Shown in pieces: positions 18,725 through 28,126 of a stretch of 64,000 nt of DNA. How positions within the stretch are numbered: the first letter of the stretch is position 1; every line of letters starts with the position of its first letter. The stretch is from contig JBMHDS010000078.1 in assembly GCA_049889275.1 (NCBI GenBank), forward strand, positions 25,159 through 89,158, written 5' to 3'. The notes below the pieces were generated by a model, which made no database searches, had not been told where the DNA came from, and saw only the letters and a program-made list of their open reading frames with translations. Made by a program: the position numbers and the translations under genes. Origin of the DNA: Bradymonadia bacterium. Its GTDB lineage: Bacteria; Myxococcota_A; Bradymonadia; UBA7976; UBA1532.

Positions 18725-20989
18725 TTAGTACTGGCGCGAAAAGAGCAGAGGTACCTTCGGCGTGAACGGCTTGCCAGAAAAGGATGGAAACCGCCAGCGC
18801 TTAACAAGTCGCTTCAGGCACTTGGTAAGACTCACCGCAGACAATTTGGCACCGCCTTGCTTGCTCAGTTTAACCGTGCCGGTCTCACCACTGGGTTTGA
18901 TCTGAAACTGCAAAGTGATGCGGCCTGGATTGTAATTGGGATCTTTCTTGAGGTAGCGGGTGTAGCACCCATTGATGGCCCCCCGGTATTTGGACACAAC
19001 GCCGTTGATCACGGCCGATGATAAACCCTGAGACTCAGACTCGTCGCCACCTCGCTTCTGGCGTCTGGTTGGATCCGGAATATCCGAGGAAGGCACGCCA
19101 GACAGCATAAAGCTGCGGCGTCCACTGATACGGCCCGGCGTGGGTGCACTCCGGATCTTCCCCGTTTCCAGAGTCTGAGAGGAGCCACGGGCCGAACGAC
19201 CCACATCAGGCCTTGCTTGACGCGCAGCGACCTCGCTCTCCTGTGAACTACGCTTCTTCTTCGAGGCGGTCTTTTTTTGTTCGGTGCGCTTAGGCTTGGT
19301 CTTGGCCTTTGACTTCGTCTTCTTCTTCGGCTTGTTATCGGCTTCAGCGACAGGTGCAGCTGAGGCCTTCTCACCTAACTGGACTGCGGGCTTCTGTGTA
19401 TCTTTCGAGGGCTTGGCGACCGTTACATCTCCTCGATCACGACCAGGTTTGTCCGTCTTTGCTGCAGAACGTCCGCTCTCATCGACCTGTTTCCCACTGG
19501 ACCGAACAGTCTCCGTCACGTCTGTCTTATCTGCCGACGCTGCTGTCGCCGGCGGCTGAGACCCACCCTTTACAGTCGGTTGAACAAGCGTCTTTGATGG
19601 CATGGCCGACTTGGCTGCAGCGACGGTCTCATTGGTTGTTGTTGCAGACCGGTCCGTACGGTTTGAAAAGTACATCACCGAGGCCACAATCGCAGCGCTC
19701 CCGATTAAACAAGCCGCGATCACCAACCCAGGAGAGACCGCGCCGCTCCTCTTTCCAGAAGTGGGACCATCACGTCTCTCAGTGACCACCGACGCCGGTG
19801 GAACGGGTAACGCAACCTGTGGCTCAGGCTCGACGAGTGGCGCCGGTTCATTCGAAAAGTTGAGCAGCGCCATATCCGAACTTGATGCCACCGTAACAAC
19901 CGCAGCACCGTCATCAATCGAATCGCCGGAGACATCCATCACGCTTGCATCAACGCTCGGTAAGCTGCTGAGCGAGTCATCAACGACGGGCGCCTGCGCG
20001 GCAGGCGGGTCACTCAATACAGCCTCAACAGCTGGACGTTCGAGACCTGTGCGCTGTGCCCCTCCAACGGGATAGCCAGCCTCGTCTTCTTCTATCTTCT
20101 GGGTCGAGATGTCGCGAATCGGTGCGGCGCTCACGTATTCAGCCGCTTCAGCGACCAGCGCCTCGACATTCATCAGCTCGGTCTTCTCTGGCGCAATTGA
20201 GTCGGACGGCTGTGCACTGATCAATGCCTGGCCTGTGGATCCGCTGACATCCGAAGGAAGCGACGCATCCTGCGAGTCAGCCAGATCTACGGTGGCGGGT
20301 GGCGACGCCAAATGTTCAATCGCAGATACGTCCTCTCGCCCTGGCTCCGAACGGTCAGGTGACACATATTGCAATGTATCCCGAGCCAAAGGCTGGATCG
20401 ACACACCCGAGTTTTCACTGCGAGCGTCTGGCTGGTCAGTAATGGGTGTTTTGGAAGGCAGTGTGGGTTCCGGCACAAGCTGTCGTCCAACCGCGCCTTG
20501 CACCGAATCTGAGCCAAATTCGCGCCCACGATCACCGTGTGAACCATCTCCAAGGGCGTCTTTTGGCGCCGTAGAATGGATTGACGAAAGCGATGGAGGT
20601 AGCGGCGGTGGCGCTTTTGGTTTTGGCGCAAACAGCGACGCCAGCTGCTCAACCTGCTCCGCAGCCGTCCAGTCCGATAATGTTTCGTTCCATACCACGG
20701 TTTCAGGCGTGATCGCCCCCGTGCGGATCATCGCACGAATGCGTTCAATAGGAATCGGACCGACCTGTTGGCCATCGGGTGCCGCGTACCACTCGGTTTC
20801 ATAGACCGGCGCCATGATCGAGGCGGATTGCGCTACGCTGCCTCCTTGACTAAGGGCTTGACCCGCATCGTTTCCACGAACCACCATCGTGAATTCGCAC
20901 ACTTTGCAGCGAATTTTAAGGACCTTGCCTTTGACCTTCTCGTCGGAAATAGAGTAGCGGGTGCCGCACTGATCGCAGGTAAACTTCAT
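18725..20989 (-). CDS. MJ0042-type zinc-ribbon + GYF_2 domain protein with long disordered region, one TM and an AgmX/PglI-like C-terminal domain
   Basis: MKFTCDQCGTRYSI...IRCKVCEFTMVV (zinc ribbon). WYAAPDGQQVGPIPIERIRAMIRTGAITPETVVWNETLSDWTAAEQV (GYF_2). TM segment VIAACLIGSAAIVASVMYF. C-terminal AINGCYTRYLKKDPNYNPGRITLQFQIKPSGE (TonB/AgmX-like). Confidence 0.65.
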   Translation of the reverse strand: MKFTCDQCGTRYSISDEKVKGKVLKIRCKVCEFTMVVRGNDAGQALSQGGSVAQSASIMAPVYETEWYAAPDGQQVGPIPIERIRAMIRTGAITPETVVWNETLSDWTAAEQVEQLASLFAPKPKAPPPLPPSLSSIHSTAPKDALGDGSHGDRGREFGSDSVQGAVGRQLVPEPTLPSKTPITDQPDARSENSGVSIQPLARDTLQYVSPDRSEPGREDVSAIEHLASPPATVDLADSQDASLPSDVSGSTGQALISAQPSDSIAPEKTELMNVEALVAEAAEYVSAAPIRDISTQKIEEDEAGYPVGGAQRTGLERPAVEAVLSDPPAAQAPVVDDSLSSLPSVDASVMDVSGDSIDDGAAVVTVASSSDMALLNFSNEPAPLVEPEPQVALPVPPASVVTERRDGPTSGKRSGAVSPGLVIAACLIGSAAIVASVMYFSNRTDRSATTTNETVAAAKSAMPSKTLVQPTVKGGSQPPATAASADKTDVTETVRSSGKQVDESGRSAAKTDKPGRDRGDVTVAKPSKDTQKPAVQLGEKASAAPVAEADNKPKKKTKSKAKTKPKRTEQKKTASKKKRSSQESEVAARQARPDVGRSARGSSQTLETGKIRSAPTPGRISGRRSFMLSGVPSSDIPDPTRRQKRGGDESESQGLSSAVINGVVSKYRGAINGCYTRYLKKDPNYNPGRITLQFQIKPSGETGTVKLSKQGGAKLSAVSLTKCLKRLVKRWRFPSFSGKPFTPKVPLLFSRQY

Positions 20990-21133
20990 GGTGATATTTG
21001 TCGCTTATTGTCCCAACTTTTGCTCGCGGAGTATACCAGTCAATCGGTCGTTGAGCAATGAAACGCTCACAGACCAAAACAATTAGAACACAACTGGTCA
21101 GAGAAGTTCTTTTGGAACGAAAGAAGTAACTCC

Positions 21134-21163
21134 TTGACGAACACCTCGACTGATCACTAGGAT
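21134..21163 (+). promoter_or_regulatory. Candidate sigma70-like promoter for the Cys-rich lipoprotein gene
   Basis: TTGACG (21134..21139), an 18-nt spacer, then TAGGAT (21158..21163). GGAGG at 21211..21215 lies 5 nt before ATG 21221. Confidence 0.3.
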
Positions 21164-21220
21164 TCGCCGTTCGGATCCGCCGAATTCGTATTGATCATAA
21201 AGAGTCAACGGGAGGTCTTT

Positions 21221-23275
21221 ATGCGTTTATTGTGTGTTCTTTTGGGCAGTTTAGCCGTCGCCATTAGCGGTTGTGCTGACAGAAAAAGTGTCCCCACCGG
21301 GGCTCGAAGTGTCGAACACGTCGATCAGTCAAAGACCGAGTCGTTAGAATGGCCGACCAATGACTGGCCAGAACGAATTGAGGGTGAGAACACGAAGCCA
21401 TTCACGCCCGCCGTGCGTGGCGACTCGTATGATTTTGGAGATGCGTGCTATCGACCGGATGGGTGCAATTCAGACGCTGCTGACTGGCCAGCGTGCGTCA
21501 ACGCCGGATGCAACACCGGCGACTGTTCATACCCTGTGTTCACGAGTGATTACGGTTTCTGTACGCGCGGTTGCATTACCGATGCTGAGTGCACTAATGC
21601 GGTCGAAAACGGTCCGTATGGTACCGAATTCAAATGTCTCACCGATGGCGTAAGCGGTACTTGCGCACCCGGCTCGAATGAGCGATGTGACTACGGAAGG
21701 AATGGCCAGTGCGACGATCCTGATGAAGCCTGTAAGTACCAGCTCATCTTCGCCCCGGATACCTTCTATGGGGCCGTATGTCAGCCTCGCACGCCAGATG
21801 GTCGCGAGGTCGGCGAATCTTGTGATGAGGACGCCGGTGTGTACTGCGCTAATGATATGTGTCTATACGATGTGTGCACATCTTTCTGCGATCCGAACGC
21901 GGCGGAATCGCCGTGCCCGACCGGCTTCAGATGTTTTGAAGAGTGGTATCCCTTCGGCACCGATTCGTCCTACAATATCGATCTCTGCCTCCCGCAGTAC
22001 TGTGAGGCAGACAAGGATTGCCCAGATGATTTTGCATGCTCACTCGGCTTCGAGTTCAATCGCAGCGACACATTGCGCGGCATCTGTCTGCCGGTTGGCG
22101 AGGATGAAGTGACAGGCGGCGGCGAGTGTTGCCTGTCTGACGGCTGCATCGCAGAGAATCCAGAAGTTGGTTGCGCTGGGGCAACCTGTTTTGACGACGA
22201 TAACGGACCGGGCTACTGCTCCGCGATGTGTGACACCGACGAAGACTGCCCAGACGGCGATTACTGCACAATCATCAACTTCGGAATCGGCGACGGTGCA
22301 TCGGCACCTGCTCAAATCTGCCGCGATGGGTCTGGCTCTGGTCGACCATGTCAGATCAACTCCGACTGCGCGCCTGAGGGCGATATTCCCCAAGAAGCAT
22401 GCGAATATGTGGTTCGCGGTGAGCTCGAAGGAGGACGAACGGTGAGTGAAATCACCGTTGCTGGTCGATGTACATCCATTCCGCTCAACGCAGTCGGCTA
22501 CGGCGAGAACTGCGGTGGTGATTTGTCTGGTTCTTGTACCAACCCCAGTCTCTGTCTAAACGTAACCGGCGGATTCTGTGGTGAGCCTTGCCGAAATACG
22601 CGAGACTGCCAAGCAGGCAGCGTGTGTTTTGGTATCGGCATGACAGAAACGCTTGAGGCAGGCACCTGTGTCGAAAGCCGCCTGCTCGGTATGCCCGATG
22701 CGAGCCTGACAACATGTCGACGCGACGCAGACTGCGGTGAGAATGAGCATTGCGGTTTAAATATCATCAACTCCGCGACACCCGTCGTCGAGACGCTGTG
22801 CATGACCAATGTGGGTGCCGGCGAAGCGGGTAGCGACTGCACGTCTGACATGGACTGCCAAGCCGAGATGTGCCGACCTGTGTCAACAGACAACACGGTG
22901 CCAGGCTACTGCATGGCGACCTGTCGATCCGCCGAAGATTGTGGCGGCGAGGGTTATACATGCGAAAGACAGGTGATGGACGCTGACAGTGGTGCGGAGG
23001 CAAAAGTTTGCCGACCATCAACTGCGTGCACCCCCTGTGCATTTGACGCCACCGCAGTGTGTGGTGGTGGCCTGGTTTGTAGCCAGGTCGACTACGGCAG
23101 CAGCGGCGTCGGCAACGGCTGTCTGGCATCATGCGAGGGCCCAGGCGACAACAGCTGCGGTGCCGATTTCACCTGCGCACCACATGTGGGCGACAATGGG
23201 ATTATCAGCAATAATTCATTCGTTTGCACACCAAACAACGCCATCGAGACCTGCTCGGCTGCGCTTACGCGTTAA
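21221..23275 (+). CDS. Large secreted Cys-rich repeat lipoprotein
   Basis: ATG 21221 has a GGAGG SD and gives MRLLCVLLGSLAVAISGCADRK (lipobox). There are many C-x-x-D-x-D-C-x-x-G/D-x-x-C modules, e.g. CEADKDCPDDFAC, CDTDEDCPDGDYC, CRNTRDCQAGSVC, CRRDADCGENEHC and CRSAEDCGGEGYTC. Confidence 0.65.
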   Translation: MRLLCVLLGSLAVAISGCADRKSVPTGARSVEHVDQSKTESLEWPTNDWPERIEGENTKPFTPAVRGDSYDFGDACYRPDGCNSDAADWPACVNAGCNTGDCSYPVFTSDYGFCTRGCITDAECTNAVENGPYGTEFKCLTDGVSGTCAPGSNERCDYGRNGQCDDPDEACKYQLIFAPDTFYGAVCQPRTPDGREVGESCDEDAGVYCANDMCLYDVCTSFCDPNAAESPCPTGFRCFEEWYPFGTDSSYNIDLCLPQYCEADKDCPDDFACSLGFEFNRSDTLRGICLPVGEDEVTGGGECCLSDGCIAENPEVGCAGATCFDDDNGPGYCSAMCDTDEDCPDGDYCTIINFGIGDGASAPAQICRDGSGSGRPCQINSDCAPEGDIPQEACEYVVRGELEGGRTVSEITVAGRCTSIPLNAVGYGENCGGDLSGSCTNPSLCLNVTGGFCGEPCRNTRDCQAGSVCFGIGMTETLEAGTCVESRLLGMPDASLTTCRRDADCGENEHCGLNIINSATPVVETLCMTNVGAGEAGSDCTSDMDCQAEMCRPVSTDNTVPGYCMATCRSAEDCGGEGYTCERQVMDADSGAEAKVCRPSTACTPCAFDATAVCGGGLVCSQVDYGSSGVGNGCLASCEGPGDNSCGADFTCAPHVGDNGIISNNSFVCTPNNAIETCSAALTR

Positions 23276-23288
23276 CGGTCCAAAAGAC

Positions 23289-23311
23289 GGGGGCTCGAAC
23301 AGTGAGCTCCC
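23289..23311 (-). terminator. Candidate intrinsic terminator between convergent genes
   Basis: GGGGGCTC-gaacagt-GAGCTCCC forms an 8-bp stem with one G-U pair. The plus-strand A-run at 23282..23285 gives a short U-run after the hairpin on the minus-strand transcript. Confidence 0.35.
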
Positions 23312-23447
23312 GCCCAGCTGCCACCGATTTCGACTTTGTTGTAAATGCTCGAGAGGTCGTACTGAGTCTACGGCGGAACGTTCTAGTCGAACAAACCTCG
23401 GTGCGGCGTCATTGACCCCACATTACTTTAAACGATTCTTCGTTGAT

Positions 23448-24572
23448 TCAACCACCAGGCTTTGCGTCACGAAGTAGTTTGATAATTTCTTCACGAATGA
23501 TGCGCTCCGCAAGGGCAGGGACAACAGCCCAAGCGACTCGCTCAACGACATCCTGCGGCAACTCAAGTTTGGCTGCAAAAGAGTCGTCTTGTATAAGCTG
23601 CTCCAGGTTATGCGCAAGGTCTGTCGTCTTCGATACACTCAGGTTTTGGTGGGCGTCTGCATCGAATTCGTCGACTGCAGGACCACGTCGAATGGTTGTC
23701 TCATCCGACATAGAGTCATCATGCTCGTGTACTTCAGATTCACTCACAGTGCCGGAACTATCGAGCTCTTCCGCTGGAGTTAGTTTTGGCCTTGCGTGAA
23801 CATGATGACTCGGCTCTATTCGTCTTGCCTCCAGAAGGTCCGCATCTTCTAACGAGCCATCGCTGAGTGGCGGCAAGACATCGACGGGGTTGGTAAATGA
23901 ATCAGAGTCGTCAAACTCAGCCTCATCGGCAAGGGAATCATCGGCATCCACACCCGACATATCTGCAGCCGGTGATGATTCGACAATCACCGGCTTCACT
24001 GACGCTTGAATGTGTGCTTGGGCTTCCCCCTCAGACATCGTATCTGTACGAACACTGTCCTCAAAGTCTGCGGTCTCTTCCTGTTCGTCGTCGGGAATTG
24101 GGGCAACCTCGATTGTCTGCCCTTCTTGTCCGCTCGATTGCGGAGCATCCTTTGGAGTTGCAGGCGATTCATTTAAGTCCTGCTTCGCCGCGATTGGAAT
24201 CTCTTCTCGATACGGGGCATAAAGCGCAGCATCTGGGATGTCTATTCCCAGCTGATCGCAAACGAGTTCAACCAGTGCCTGTGACTGAAAGGGCAAATCT
24301 ACGGACGGTCTTAATCCACCCGAATCGCCTAAAGAAATCGTCGGTACCCGATTTTCAGCTAAGAACTCTGACTCACCGGTTAAGTACTGAGAACTCAATA
24401 TCAACAGCGAAAAAGAGGCCGCATCACTGTGCTCCAATTCGAGCGCCGACGGTTCTTGGGCTTCCACCAGCTCGCACGGAAGTCCCCGAAGGGAGAAGCG
24501 AACAGCCTGCCGAAGCGTCGACCTCGACTCGACCAATCCAATACGAACGCCCACGACGGAATACTCTCCCAT
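23448..24572 (-). CDS. Pseudo-receiver domain protein with long acidic linker and conserved C-terminal helix
   Basis: The N-terminal ~110 aa has a receiver-like beta/alpha pattern, but the acidic pocket, phospho-Asp and Lys positions are replaced (IGLVESRS, SLLILSS, DLPF). An Asp/Glu/Ser-rich centre follows. The C-terminal is ERVAWAVVPALAERIIREEIIKLL. The start is moved to ATG 24572. Confidence 0.45.
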   Translation of the reverse strand: MGEYSVVGVRIGLVESRSTLRQAVRFSLRGLPCELVEAQEPSALELEHSDAASFSLLILSSQYLTGESEFLAENRVPTISLGDSGGLRPSVDLPFQSQALVELVCDQLGIDIPDAALYAPYREEIPIAAKQDLNESPATPKDAPQSSGQEGQTIEVAPIPDDEQEETADFEDSVRTDTMSEGEAQAHIQASVKPVIVESSPAADMSGVDADDSLADEAEFDDSDSFTNPVDVLPPLSDGSLEDADLLEARRIEPSHHVHARPKLTPAEELDSSGTVSESEVHEHDDSMSDETTIRRGPAVDEFDADAHQNLSVSKTTDLAHNLEQLIQDDSFAAKLELPQDVVERVAWAVVPALAERIIREEIIKLLRDAKPGG

Positions 24573-24635
24573 GCTGATTCTTCTCGTTACTCGCTGATTA
24601 ATGCACCGCGTTACAGTAATTGCAAGCAAGCACTG

Positions 24636-25445
24636 TCAAGGAGCCGGTGTAATGGTTTCGCAGTCTCCATTCAAACTCCAATCGAAGGGCGTAAACTCGA
24701 CCGAATTTGTTTCGGCGACTAATTTTGGTTCGATCTGTTTTAGCCATGCTTCAGGCCGGCCAAAATCCGACTGATACCAACGAAAAATTTCACTTACACG
24801 TAAGCGACTCCCATCCCGCGCGACCATCGTCTTCTGAGCACCGAGCCTGGCTTTAATCGCGTTGAACTTCTCATTCAAATTAGCCCCGGTGTATGCTGTC
24901 TGACCCAACGGGAAGTGACCCTTGGCCCCACCAACGAGGGCGAAATGGACCACAGGGTTATTCTGCATGACAGCTCGTATTCGCTCAGCCTGTAGTTGTG
25001 TCAGAGATATTTCCTCGCCGCCAAGTACAAAGGAAATGCGCCAGTAGAAGCCCTCTCCAACGAAAACATCTTGCACACTCTTCAATGGGCATTGATCGCG
25101 GACCGCCGCGAGCACAAAAGCATTGTACGCGTTAATGTAATAGGCAAGACGATCTTCGATTTTACGGAAACGATGCGGGGCGTTTTTCGGACTTGTCGCC
25201 GCGAGCTGACCCAAATAGAGATCTAGGGGGGCTCGTTCACGCTTCAAGCGCGCATAGTCCACATGACCAGTGTCATCAACAATCGTGCTGAGCACTTTCG
25301 AGAATGAATCGTGGCTAAAACCTTTGCCTACCGGCGCAACCGGTTCCGCCCTTGGGCCGACGACGCCGCTTGGTCGAAAGTAGAATAGAGTGGCAGCAAA
25401 AAGACATGTGAGGGGTACGAGAACTGATGTTTTGATAAAACGCAT
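24636..25445 (-). CDS. DUF547 domain protein with N-terminal signal/anchor
   Basis: LAYYINAYNAFVLAAV is typical of DUF547. ATG 25445 is preceded by GGAGG at 8 nt spacing. Confidence 0.6.
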   Translation of the reverse strand: MRFIKTSVLVPLTCLFAATLFYFRPSGVVGPRAEPVAPVGKGFSHDSFSKVLSTIVDDTGHVDYARLKRERAPLDLYLGQLAATSPKNAPHRFRKIEDRLAYYINAYNAFVLAAVRDQCPLKSVQDVFVGEGFYWRISFVLGGEEISLTQLQAERIRAVMQNNPVVHFALVGGAKGHFPLGQTAYTGANLNEKFNAIKARLGAQKTMVARDGSRLRVSEIFRWYQSDFGRPEAWLKQIEPKLVAETNSVEFTPFDWSLNGDCETITPAP

Positions 25446-25478
25446 TGTGCATGCCTCCATTTGAGGCACACACGCGTA

Positions 25479-26078
25479 TCATGCCGCGAGTAGAGCCCCA
25501 TCGCCGAACTGTGGCTTTAGTTGCGCCCTCAAGCGAGCCCGTGCTCGATGCAATCGTGACTTGATAGCGGCAATCGATAAGCCTGAACTTTCGTGAATTT
25601 CGCGTAGATCGAGTCCATCTTCAACCCAGAGGCGAAGGATTGAGCCATATTGCACAGGTAAGTCCTCCATCGCAACGTCGATGGCTTCGAACAACTGGCG
25701 GTCTGAAGCAGCTATATCGGGACTTTTCGGCGCCGCCGATAAAGTGTGAGAGGATTGTGCTTCGAGCTGCGGGAGGTGGTCATCAAGTCGCGAGGCTCGT
25801 TTACGTTTCGCTGAGCGGAGATGCATACGAATGCAGTTGCTGGCGACCATGTATAGCCACGAGCTGAAGCGCGACTCACCTCGAAATGTATTCAGCCGTG
25901 TAAAAGCCCGTAGAATAGCTTCCTGAGTCACGTCCTCGGCTTGATCTTTGTCTCTGAGGGCTCTGACGGCTCGCCAAAACACCTTCTCCCGCAAGGGCCG
26001 AATTAACGCGGTGAATGCCGCTTCGTCGCCGCCTTTTGCACGCCTGACCAATTCGAGTTCTTGGGCTTTAGTAAACAT
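25479..26078 (-). CDS. ECF-type RNA polymerase sigma-70 family factor
   Basis: Region 2 is DQAEDVTQEAILRAF...FSSWLYMVASN. Region 4 is REIHESSGLSIAAIKSRLHRARARL. ATG 26078 is preceded by GGAGGTG at 8 nt. Confidence 0.8.
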   Translation of the reverse strand: MFTKAQELELVRRAKGGDEAAFTALIRPLREKVFWRAVRALRDKDQAEDVTQEAILRAFTRLNTFRGESRFSSWLYMVASNCIRMHLRSAKRKRASRLDDHLPQLEAQSSHTLSAAPKSPDIAASDRQLFEAIDVAMEDLPVQYGSILRLWVEDGLDLREIHESSGLSIAAIKSRLHRARARLRAQLKPQFGDGALLAA

Positions 26079-26113
26079 TATCGACACCTCCATTGAATAT
26101 TAACCGATCAATT

Positions 26114-26139
26114 AGACATTCTATTCCAACCGTTTGTTC
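26114..26139 (-). promoter_or_regulatory. Candidate ECF-type (GAAC-N17-TGTC) promoter upstream of the ECF sigma gene
   Basis: The minus strand reads cGAACaaacggttggaatagaaTGTCt, about 35 nt upstream of the start codon. It resembles the autoregulated ECF consensus GGAAC-N16/17-CGTC. Confidence 0.3.
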
Positions 26140-26588
26140 GTCCTTGCTGCCGCATTGTCCTTAGTGAAAGGAGAATGCGATTGTCGTGCCAACTATGAAT
26201 CACTGTCGAACCAAGCCGTGCGTAACCAATGATTGACTACGAGAAGGCGGCACCTGTGTCTGACTGAGGGTCAAGATTCCCTGTGTTCGGTCTACAGTGA
26301 TCAAATGCGACATCATTGAACTAGACGTCCAATCATCTGATTTAAAACAAAAAAAATGACATCGGGTTCAGGCAAGTGACCAAAAACATCATAAATAAGT
26401 CAGCTACAGACGACGGGTAGATGCAACGCGTGTGACTCACCTCGAGGGACGACGCAGACGCAGACCTTACGCGACCCATATGACAAACAGATCATGGTAG
26501 CGGATGCCGCTCTGCAATATTTTCAAGCCATATCACGTCAAGAGGTTGACGACTTCACCGCATTTATCACCAAAGTCGGCGGCCAATA

Positions 26589-26888
26589 TCACCAATAATC
26601 TGTCGTCAGACCGATGTCATCCTCGACCTGGACGAGACACGCGATGCGCCTCACAAACCCAGCCCGACTTTCAGGCTGCAGCCGTTGCAATAGTTCAACT
26701 TCTCTGGGGCATGGTTCAGATAACTCGCCTGATACCCATACGACACATGCGACGCACAGACCTTGGCCTCGACATGAGTAGCCAATCGGGTAGCCGGCCG
26801 TTCTAATTATCTTTAGAAGCGGCGTACCTTTGGCCATGCTTCTGGTTTCGTTGTTTGGCCAGAAGGTGACGTTTATTGCAGAGGACAT
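26589..26888 (-). CDS. 2Fe-2S ferredoxin-like protein
   Basis: SCRGQGLCVAC...IAC has plant-type fer2-like cysteine spacing in a 99-aa protein. The start overlaps the upstream gene by 16 nt. Confidence 0.6.
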   Translation of the reverse strand: MSSAINVTFWPNNETRSMAKGTPLLKIIRTAGYPIGYSCRGQGLCVACVVWVSGELSEPCPREVELLQRLQPESRAGFVRRIACLVQVEDDIGLTTDYW

Positions 26889-28126
26889 AAATTCGACTTC
26901 TTCTTGAGTTGGAATTCATCCATTGTTCCACCGCCAAATACGTTGCCGACGCGTGTACGCACAGCTTGAAGGCGCAAAGTCTGACCAGTGGCGCTGATTT
27001 TAAGATAGTGGTGCGACCCAGAGAAGACCTGGCTCGTGCTTTCCATGAGTTTGTCCGTCACTAAATTCGAATGTCTTGAAAACCCCGGAAATGGGTTAAC
27101 GAAAGTCGCAGCGCCTCCAGTGACCACATAAACAGCACCTCCACGCTCGGACATGCATCGAGTTGCTGGGGGTAATCCCTTCATCGGGCAAGTGCGCTCG
27201 TAATTGTGGTCGTGTCCCGCAAGCACCAAGTCTACGCCATAGCGGTCGATTAAGGGCACAAGATGACGATTCCAACCGCGCTCATCGCTGCCATGAGTGC
27301 CGCGAGACCAAATCGGACGATGAAGCACCAAAACCGTCCACGGGGCGATTCGGCTTTCTAGAGCCTGCACAAGCGCATTCAGTGCAGGTTGAAGCTCCGT
27401 GTCGTGAATTTCAGTGTCGAAACCAATCACATTTACAGGGCCCCAAGTAAACGCGGAGACAGGAAATGGAGACGCCATATAGTGCTGATAGAGGCCACCA
27501 CGATCATGATTACCTCGGACGGTGAACATCGGTGGCCAAACTCGTGTTTGCTGAAGAAAACGTTCCCATTCATGGTGACGATGTCCGCGTTTGACCAAAT
27601 CGCCGGTGTTTAGGATAAAGGCCGGCTGATGCGCATATACCTCGGATAAAATCCCAGGCCAATAAGCAGACGGCCCAAGATGGTCCACGTGGGCACGGCC
27701 ATCGCCGAGGGCGATGAACTCAATCGATCCGCATGGAGACAGCTCGCGAGCAGGCAGTGTGTAAGTGACGTCGTTGATTTGGAGTCGGTGGGCCCGATTA
27801 CCCAAGATGTTGAGCTTACGTTCTTTGACGACCTGGCCGTCGAGATAAACCGAGGCCGCCTTGTTTATGTGCAAGCGCCACATCTGCTGCCCCGATGGGA
27901 CGAGGTTCACCAACGCCCGCTCTGGTGGCTCAACACGTGCACATCCACTGAACAAGAACATAAACGATAAAATAAGTGACGCATGCTGCAGCCGACACAG
28001 ACGAGAAGGCTGGTCGACGTTATGCCAAGCTGCGTTGATGGGCTGCTGCCTATCTCCGATTGAGGGCTTGCGCTTATTGGGTCGATTTCCTATCGTCCGC
28101 CGAATCAAGAAACATGGGCGTCTCAT
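26873..28126 (-). CDS. Calcineurin-like metallophosphoesterase (probable lipoprotein); start uncertain
   Basis: GDLVKRG, VRGNHD and VLAGHDHNYER motifs, plus a lipobox-like FLFSGC. The in-frame ATGs are at 28246, 28126 and 27961. No canonical start gives a short signal peptide. Confidence 0.6.
   Translation of the reverse strand: MRRPCFLIRRTIGNRPNKRKPSIGDRQQPINAAWHNVDQPSRLCRLQHASLILSFMFLFSGCARVEPPERALVNLVPSGQQMWRLHINKAASVYLDGQVVKERKLNILGNRAHRLQINDVTYTLPARELSPCGSIEFIALGDGRAHVDHLGPSAYWPGILSEVYAHQPAFILNTGDLVKRGHRHHEWERFLQQTRVWPPMFTVRGNHDRGGLYQHYMASPFPVSAFTWGPVNVIGFDTEIHDTELQPALNALVQALESRIAPWTVLVLHRPIWSRGTHGSDERGWNRHLVPLIDRYGVDLVLAGHDHNYERTCPMKGLPPATRCMSERGGAVYVVTGGAATFVNPFPGFSRHSNLVTDKLMESTSQVFSGSHHYLKISATGQTLRLQAVRTRVGNVFGGGTMDEFQLKKKSNLCPLQ

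Noticed and set aside
27861-28124. The N-terminal 88 residues of the 598-aa track ORF for the flippase.
   Set aside because: The segment is Cys/Arg-rich and non-membrane-like, and it is antisense to the phosphoesterase gene. ATG 28125 precedes the first TM helix.
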